From: an uncultured Candidatus Poseidoniales archaeon
GTDB lineage: Archaea > Thermoplasmatota > Poseidoniia > Poseidoniales > Poseidoniaceae
Direction: 5' to 3'
Assembly: GCA_902625885.1 (NCBI GenBank)
Contig: CACODE010000008.1
Coordinates: 1,747 to 65,746 of the forward strand
DNA: 64,000 nt
The notes beneath the pieces are model-generated. The model saw only the letters and a program-made list of their open reading frames with translations. It was not told the origin of the DNA and did not search any database. Shown here piece by piece: positions 57,670 to 64,000 of the stretch (position 1 is its first letter; each line of letters begins with the position of its first letter). The position numbers and the translations under genes were made by a program.

Positions 57670-59458
57670 GCCAGGCTTTCCAGCGCTCGTTTCCTTTGCC
57701 TTTGAGCGAAACACCGTGCTGAGGAGAGGGCGGCAGCACAAGCGAGACGGTGTTCAATATCCCTTCGTGCGTTATGTCGAGTTTGATCTCTTGACCGGTG
57801 CGTCCAGCAATGAGTTTCTTGAGGTGATTGACGGATTTGACCCGCACACCGTCAACAGCGAGCAGTTCGTCGCCAACCTGAGAGAGCGTCCTCAGCGGCG
57901 AACCAGCATGATACGTGGTGATTTTAACGCGGCCTGAGGCTTCCTTCAGGCCGACACCCAACCACCCTTTCCCTTCTTTATCCGAGGCGTGGGGGACGAG
58001 TTTCAGGCGAAAGGTTGAGAGGGCACGCTGAATGTTTGGAAGGTTCCGATGGCGGACCAATCGGTCAAGATAGGGACCCATGGATGAACCGCCTGGGCAT
58101 GTCTTCAACGTGTCCCTTATGTCCTTGTAATCAACACCGAGTTGCTCCGCTTCATCGGAATGAATGGCGTATTTCCTCACCAGTTCCGCCATCAGGTCGC
58201 ATGCGCCGAATGTGTGGTCGTTTCTTCTCCGCATTTCCGTGTCCAGGCACATCAGGGCCAATTCGCCTTCGAGGTAATACGATATTTGATTCTCTCTTGT
58301 GTATGGGCCGCTTCTATAGAGGTGTATCCACGCATCGTGGCTCGATTCTGCGAGTGATTCTCGAAGCATACCGTTGTTGGCGGTGTGGCGTTTCATCTTG
58401 CGCTCAAAATCCAGCCGCCAATCCTCCTCGCTCCAAGCGCCCGATCGCACACAAATCATGTCTCCTAGCCACGATGTGGCTCCTTCAAACCACCAGAGCA
58501 AATCGGTGTGGGTCTCGGACTGTAAATCATAGTTGAGAAAGGATTTCGGCCGAAGCCGTTTGACGTTCCACTGGTGAAGGTACTCGTGCGAAAACAGGCT
58601 TACAAGGTCCCTGTATTCATCAGGGTGGTCTGGAAACAAACACGAGCGCGGCATCATCGAGGTTTGGGAATTCATGTGTTCCAATCCGCCACGGCCGGTG
58701 TCCGTGAGGTGAAGGACGGTGGTGTAATCCGGCCAATCCGGCACTCCAAAAAGGGCGAAATGTTCTCTGGCGATTCGCTCAATGTCATCTTGGAAGGCCT
58801 GCAAACGTTCGGGATCGGGTTGATGCCCGCCGCTGTCCCACCACTTCAGATGGTGCATGCGGCCCTCGATCTCGTGCGAAATGCACGGGTTTGGGTTCAC
58901 TTCGATGATGCTGTCAAGCAGCATGTCCCGACCGGTGGTCGAAAACGTCCAACACCTGTCCCCACCGTCAAGGCTTTTTTCTTCAAGAAGGTCAAGCTGG
59001 GTTGCGGGTGTCCAGGTGGCCGGCGACGTGATTTGCACCTGGTGCGTCATTTCCAATCGGTCCGCTGAAACGCCTCGCTCAGGCCAGAACCATGTAAAGG
59101 GCGGCATCAAGTGAAGGTGCGTATCGTCAAGGTGGTTCGACCGCACCGTGAGTTCACGAGCCAACAGGGTGTACCGTATCGAGAGCATTGTTGACGTTTT
59201 TTTCAAGCGGACCGATATGCCATCGACGCCCACGCGTTTCCATTTCAAATCTGCGCCGTTTTCGTCTTTTGCCGAGAAATCAAACATGTGCTGGATGGGT
59301 TCTCGTAGAAAGTACGAGCCTGGAACCCAGCGAGGAAACCTGAAGACGACTTGTGTTGACGTGAAAGGTCCTTGGACATCAAGACCTGCATGCAGGTGAT
59401 GTTGCGAGCCGTTCAGGGCGTCAGCGAAAAAGCACAAACCGGAGGACGACTGGCTCAT
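57647..59458 (-). CDS. M61 (glycyl) aminopeptidase with PDZ domain
   Basis: PRWVPGSY, GGLEH, HEYLHQWNVKRLRP, WWFEGAT, ISYY and a WLGV..GSP..GDELLAVDG PDZ domain. Confidence 0.93.
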   Translation of the reverse strand: MSQSSSGLCFFADALNGSQHHLHAGLDVQGPFTSTQVVFRFPRWVPGSYFLREPIQHMFDFSAKDENGADLKWKRVGVDGISVRLKKTSTMLSIRYTLLARELTVRSNHLDDTHLHLMPPFTWFWPERGVSADRLEMTHQVQITSPATWTPATQLDLLEEKSLDGGDRCWTFSTTGRDMLLDSIIEVNPNPCISHEIEGRMHHLKWWDSGGHQPDPERLQAFQDDIERIAREHFALFGVPDWPDYTTVLHLTDTGRGGLEHMNSQTSMMPRSCLFPDHPDEYRDLVSLFSHEYLHQWNVKRLRPKSFLNYDLQSETHTDLLWWFEGATSWLGDMICVRSGAWSEEDWRLDFERKMKRHTANNGMLRESLAESSHDAWIHLYRSGPYTRENQISYYLEGELALMCLDTEMRRRNDHTFGACDLMAELVRKYAIHSDEAEQLGVDYKDIRDTLKTCPGGSSMGPYLDRLVRHRNLPNIQRALSTFRLKLVPHASDKEGKGWLGVGLKEASGRVKITTYHAGSPLRTLSQVGDELLAVDGVRVKSVNHLKKLIAGRTGQEIKLDITHEGILNTVSLVLPPSPQHGVSLKGKGNERWKAWLKTRQDR

Positions 59459-60447
59459 GAGTCCAGTTCAGATGCGGCGGTTGATAGGTTCTCGCACGCC
59501 ACCTTGAGCAGTTCTTCGTCCGTTATCTCAAGCAAGCGTTTTGCTCTTTCGATGATCTCGGGCTCATCCGCTCGCCCGATCAATCGCTCCAAGAGTTTGC
59601 TTCGCTCAATGACGTTAAGCCGACTATCGTTGATGAGGTTCCATCGCAGAACATCTTCAGAAGCGCCCAGCCTTATCACCCAACGGGCAACAGGCTCCAG
59701 CATGCCAGCCTCGAGGAGGTGAACAAGCAAAGGATCGTTGCTGTCCATGACCTCTTCACGGAGGTAATCGCTGAGTTCCTTCATGTCTTTTTTCTGGAGT
59801 TGAGCGGTGAGTTCTTGCAAACGGTCGGGCTCGTTTTTTGCCACCCATATGAGAATTTTTACCGTTTGCTGGCGGCGCTTCAAAAAAGGCATCAACGCCT
59901 CCATGTCAACAGGAACATCGTGTTTGAGCACGCCTTCAAGCGCAGCCTCACGAACACCTGCATGAGGATCGTTCAAACCCACGAGAAGGGCGCCTCCTCC
60001 AATGGTGGGGTGTTGCATGCCGGTCATTCGGACGGTGTCGTTTTGATGCTGTATCAGGCGCTCGACCACTTCGTCATCGTCGAACATCAGCAGGGCCTTG
60101 GCTGCTTTTTTTTGCACCACAGCGTCGGTGTCGGTCAATGCTTCGAAAGCCAGAGATTTGCCAGGTTGGCCAAGCGGTATCAGAAGGTTGGCGCCCGCTC
60201 TGCGAACGTCCAAGTTCTTGTGGCGAAGCAAGGTTGCAACGGCTTCAACACCAGCCGTTATTCCCCACATTCTATAGGCATCTAGGGCCTTGGAGACAAA
60301 CCACGGATCTTTGTCATCCAACAGGGGTTTGAAGGCCTCAAGAACCGTTGGGTCGTCTTGCTCAAACAAGGTACGCACAGCGCGTCTCCTCGTGCGGATG
60401 TCCCGATGCTTGAGCCGGGCCATGGCTCGCCCGATATCGCTGGCCAT
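59455..60447 (-). CDS. HEAT-repeat protein
   Basis: Repeated L.D.D..VR..A units. Confidence 0.8.
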   Translation of the reverse strand: MASDIGRAMARLKHRDIRTRRRAVRTLFEQDDPTVLEAFKPLLDDKDPWFVSKALDAYRMWGITAGVEAVATLLRHKNLDVRRAGANLLIPLGQPGKSLAFEALTDTDAVVQKKAAKALLMFDDDEVVERLIQHQNDTVRMTGMQHPTIGGGALLVGLNDPHAGVREAALEGVLKHDVPVDMEALMPFLKRRQQTVKILIWVAKNEPDRLQELTAQLQKKDMKELSDYLREEVMDSNDPLLVHLLEAGMLEPVARWVIRLGASEDVLRWNLINDSRLNVIERSKLLERLIGRADEPEIIERAKRLLEITDEELLKVACENLSTAASELDS

Positions 60448-60490
60448 GATTCATGCACAAGCCTCTCCCTCATAGCCTGTTGCGTTGGTT

Positions 60491-61123
60491 TCAGCGCATG
60501 TCGAGCCAGGCAAAGAACAGGATGATGGGCAGGAGATAGAACAGACGGCGGTGCATGCGGTGGGTTGCTTCCATGTGCTCGATGACGGATGGAGGCAGGA
60601 CTTCAACAGATGATGAGGTTCTGCGGCGTCGATTCAAGGCCACGTGCTCTTCGATATAACCCAAAACGGTGCCCCGCAACTGAGGGTCCCTGCTCCTCGT
60701 TTCGCCCCGTCCTACAATGTAGCGAATCGGATGCTCTTCGGCGAGCTCTAAGGTGGCGGCGACGATGGTAAGCGGTTGGGTGGAGTTGTGCAAATCGATG
60801 CGTACGGTTCGTCCATCACTGCGAACATGGCTCAACACGCGCCACTTTCCTTGCCCCTCGTTGTAGGGCTCCAGCCTGCGCCGTAGCTCATCGATAGGGT
60901 CAACGTTGGACACGACGGGCGCCCTTCTCAGGGCCAAAAAAGGACCCAACAACAGGGCGCAGGCCAACGGCGTGATGCACATGAGTTGGACGAGTCGTTT
61001 GAGCGCATCGGGGTCGGTGAGCGATGAAACCACGGCAAGAGAGAAGCCGAGAAACAGACCGATGAAACCCCCTGCCTGCAGCCCTGTTTTCAACCCGATT
61101 CGGGGTCGGTCTTCCACGGCCAT
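60491..61123 (-). CDS. Membrane protein with Smr-like soluble domain
   Basis: Two N-terminal TM segments and one C-terminal TM segment flank RIDLH...IVGRG...LRGTVLGYI. Confidence 0.55.
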   Translation of the reverse strand: MAVEDRPRIGLKTGLQAGGFIGLFLGFSLAVVSSLTDPDALKRLVQLMCITPLACALLLGPFLALRRAPVVSNVDPIDELRRRLEPYNEGQGKWRVLSHVRSDGRTVRIDLHNSTQPLTIVAATLELAEEHPIRYIVGRGETRSRDPQLRGTVLGYIEEHVALNRRRRTSSSVEVLPPSVIEHMEATHRMHRRLFYLLPIILFFAWLDMR

Positions 61124-61203
61124 GGTTCGCCTTTGTGGGCGAGGGAATTGAAGCCTTGGTTCGTCAGGAAAACAATCAAGTGTTTCATCGCTTTCTTCTG
61201 ATT

Positions 61204-61965
61204 ATGGAACGGAACGGTTTACCGGACCGTATGAAAGAGGCTAAAGTCGGCCGTTGGGTCATGGGCGTTTGCGGTTTTTTCCTTGTGTCTTTCTTTTTGG
61301 CACCGATGACGGTTGAAGCCGGATCGGTTGGTCCTTTGGAAGGCAGGGCAAACGCCATTGATTACTACAGCGAAGACGGTTTCGGTTCTTACGGAAATCA
61401 AAACGCCGTTCCAGAGAACGAAAGCGGCAAGTGCTGTCCGGCCTTCGCATGGTCCGAGGTCAATTTCTACGCCGCCATTATTTACGGGTTTGGCGACGTC
61501 AATTGCCATCAAAAAGCAGAACGTTCATGGGAAGTAAACAACAACCAACTTCCTGTATGCACTCGAGATGTTGGCATCTTTTGCGGGCTTTTCATCGGTG
61601 GTGTCGTGTTTTCCCGCAGGGGTTGGAACCGCTGGACGGTGCGCGACACGTGCCTCTCCCTGCTTCCGGAAAGAATGCTCCACGACGTCTATGCACAAAA
61701 CCGCCGAACGCTGCTTTGGCTAGGGTGTGGCCTGTTGTTGTGTTTGCCGTTGATCTTCGACGGTTTTCTTCAACTGCTCACCAGCTACGAATCAAATAAC
61801 ATCAAGCGAATCTTGACCGGTATACCGTTCGGTTTTGGTATCGGGGTTCTCCTGTGTGCGATGTTTTCTGCTCGAGCAGAGGCTTTCCGTGGTGCTGGAG
61901 AGGTTCTTCTGCCGGGTAATGCAAAGTTCACCCTTGCGAAGGAAGAGGCTCAAGAATCCGAGTGA
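61204..61965 (+). CDS. DUF2085 membrane protein
   Basis: NCHQKAERSW...QLPVCTRDVGIF, DGFLQ, YESNN and RILTG. Confidence 0.88.
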   Translation: MERNGLPDRMKEAKVGRWVMGVCGFFLVSFFLAPMTVEAGSVGPLEGRANAIDYYSEDGFGSYGNQNAVPENESGKCCPAFAWSEVNFYAAIIYGFGDVNCHQKAERSWEVNNNQLPVCTRDVGIFCGLFIGGVVFSRRGWNRWTVRDTCLSLLPERMLHDVYAQNRRTLLWLGCGLLLCLPLIFDGFLQLLTSYESNNIKRILTGIPFGFGIGVLLCAMFSARAEAFRGAGEVLLPGNAKFTLAKEEAQESE

Positions 61966-63323
61966 TTTGGCGGTTGCATGGACCACCAGACGGCCAGCTC
62001 TGCGGCGTCGGTCGGTATCGGGCAACCATCGTGACCGCTCGTGAGCACACCGAGGCGTTCGTGGATGTCCGCCACTGCCTTTTGCAAGGTTGAGGGTATG
62101 GACCGACCTTCGTCAACTGCAAAGATATCGTGAATCGCCTCTGACCAGTCTTTTTCGGGGTGCGTTCTGCGCCAGGAGGCCAAATTGCTTCGGAGGGGCC
62201 ACATGGCGAGCGTAAGACGGGCAAACCCAAGCCGTTCGTCGCGAAGTTTGAACAGTTGAGCGTCGCTAAATGGGGTATGGTTCTGCTGTTTGTGGACCCA
62301 ATTTTCCGACAGGAGCCACTTGACGAGGCGCTGAGTGTGCCTTTGCGTCACCATACGAACCGGGCCAAGAGCAGCGTGAAGGCGAGGGACTTCACTGGAA
62401 CCAACCATCAGCGAAAGCGTGCCCAAGATGGACCAGCATGAGTGAGAGAATGGCGTAGCGGGCACATCGTGCTCCTGAGCGGACGCTGATGGCCAATTTT
62501 CCTCGGCTTCATGCATCCACTGTGCAGGTGATTTTCCACCCAACCAACCAACATGAATCGCTGTCCGCTCTTGGGGCGCTCCGGGCAAGCGGCGCTGTTT
62601 CTTGACATCCTTCACCAAGGTGTTGAGTAGGTTTCTGTCCACTTCGTCCCTGTCGACATTTAGCGGTAGCGGTTTGCGATTGAAAAAACGACGAAGTTCT
62701 TGACGCAATTTGGTTTTCAACTCATCAAGGCCTCCCTCGTTCATGATGGGACCCACCACGCAACATTGGTCAAACGGAGAGGGTTGGTTGGTGCCTTCGG
62801 CGAACAAATCGTGAAACCCTTTGCGAATCGATGTTTGGATTTCTTGGGTTTCAAAGTATTCTTGCTTTTTACTTGTCATTCTGAGGGTACCTGATTTAAT
62901 TCGCTTCATGGCCTTCTCTGGGTCGCAATCGATCCAAAAAACCAGGTCGGGAACCATCGCCGCTGCGTTCATTCTGGCCACTTTTTCCACCCCCAAATCG
63001 CCAACGACGCCTTGGTAGATGAGGGATGAGTGGATGTTTCTGTCGGAAATCACGACGCAACCTTTGGCCAGTTGAGGGCGAATGACGGTGTGCGAATGGT
63101 CAAGACGGTCGGCTGCGAAAAGCCCCGCTTCCTCAAGCGGGGTTTTGTTGCCCAATTTCACCGATTGAAGCGCTAACTTGCCGAGTTCGCTGTGTCGACG
63201 AGGTTCGTGGGTCATCACCACATCCGGAAAAGGGAACTCGCTTAGCAACTCGCCAAGAATTCTTGCCGCTTCGCCTTTGCCAGAACCGTCCCCGCCCTCC
63301 ACCGAGATCAAATACACGATCAA
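61950..63323 (-). CDS. tmk: Thymidylate kinase with long C-terminal extension
   Basis: EGGDGSGK, THEP, LFAADRLDH, ISDR...SSLIYQ and PDLVF. Confidence 0.88.
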   Translation of the reverse strand: MIVYLISVEGGDGSGKGEAARILGELLSEFPFPDVVMTHEPRRHSELGKLALQSVKLGNKTPLEEAGLFAADRLDHSHTVIRPQLAKGCVVISDRNIHSSLIYQGVVGDLGVEKVARMNAAAMVPDLVFWIDCDPEKAMKRIKSGTLRMTSKKQEYFETQEIQTSIRKGFHDLFAEGTNQPSPFDQCCVVGPIMNEGGLDELKTKLRQELRRFFNRKPLPLNVDRDEVDRNLLNTLVKDVKKQRRLPGAPQERTAIHVGWLGGKSPAQWMHEAEENWPSASAQEHDVPATPFSHSCWSILGTLSLMVGSSEVPRLHAALGPVRMVTQRHTQRLVKWLLSENWVHKQQNHTPFSDAQLFKLRDERLGFARLTLAMWPLRSNLASWRRTHPEKDWSEAIHDIFAVDEGRSIPSTLQKAVADIHERLGVLTSGHDGCPIPTDAAELAVWWSMQPPNHSDS

Positions 63324-64000
63324 TCATCTCGCTGGTCTTCAAAGTCATTTTTTGCAAACAGGTTCACAATCATGCCAAACAGGATGAGCGCCGGCCCCAC
63401 GATGATGAGTCCACGACTGAACAGGGCACCTCCGGCGAGGTATTGGCTTCGACGGTAATGTTTCCCGCGTCGTATCTCAATGGCGGATTGAACGCCGAGG
63501 AGAGCGGTGGCCAGCGTGAACGCACCGATGATGGTCGACAGCCCGACGGCGCTTTCTAACGTCCACCCGGTTGTTGATTGCAGGTCGCTGTCGCTGTACG
63601 TGCCTTCACCCGGTTTCATGGTGACGGGATCCAACCCCACGTTGTCGGGCAAGAACGTCAATTCGAACGTCTCGTAGCCTTCCTTTGAGAAGATGATGAT
63701 GTGGACTTCTTGAACGACGTTTTCAATGGTAAAATAGCCAAACTCGTCTGTCGTGGTGTTGTCTTGTTTTATGCGATCTTCGTCGAACAACTCGACCAAA
63801 ACCCCTTCCACGCCGTGACCGTCGACATCCTCCAACGCACTCCCGGTGACGTCAACGGTTTCGCTCTCGGCAAAGATGTCGTTTAGCAGCTCTGACGGGT
63901 TTCCCTGCAGAATGAGCGCGCCACTGAGCATGCCAAGGATGCTGCCAATGAAGATGAGCGCTGCTGCAAGGTTCCTCCATCGATCCGCATCGAGATCGAT
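63320..64000 (-). CDS. Membrane protein with carboxypeptidase-regulatory-like (prealbumin-fold) domain, 5' partial
   Basis: TTTDEFGYFTIENV...SKEGY flanked by TM segments; frame open to the window end. Confidence 0.7.
   Translation of the reverse strand: MDLDADRWRNLAAALIFIGSILGMLSGALILQGNPSELLNDIFAESETVDVTGSALEDVDGHGVEGVLVELFDEDRIKQDNTTTDEFGYFTIENVVQEVHIIIFSKEGYETFELTFLPDNVGLDPVTMKPGEGTYSDSDLQSTTGWTLESAVGLSTIIGAFTLATALLGVQSAIEIRRGKHYRRSQYLAGGALFSRGLIIVGPALILFGMIVNLFAKNDFEDQRDD

Overview
Gene-dense archaeal chromosomal segment. It carries archaeal marker genes (A-type ATP synthase operon HIKECFABD, Rpo6, aIF2-gamma, eS6, Orc1/Cdc6, Dph2, PurP, the archaeal AroA'/AroB'/AroK shikimate route) together with aerobic-heterotroph and bacterial-type genes (heme A/O synthases, Trp dioxygenase, class II HMG-CoA reductase, class II CCA enzyme, M61 peptidase). 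This combination fits a Thermoplasmatota archaeon, probably Marine Group II/Poseidoniales (inference). I call about 58 CDS and one tRNA-Ser(GCT), and see no CRISPR, rRNA or mobile element. Products were assigned by motif recognition only, with no database search. The most interesting unexplained loci are: (1) a non-coding array of TAACG/CGTTA boxes directly upstream of a degenerate AAA+/winged-helix gene operon, one gene away from smc-scpA-scpB; (2) a pilin-like/lamin-tail gene followed by three KaiC-like ATPases (one intact, two degenerate), divergent from a large surface protein; (3) several pseudo-enzymes or odd fusions, including a site-2 protease without HExxH, a GcvH without the lipoyl-Lys, a membrane-anchored Smr-like protein and a tandem YfaP-like domain protein.
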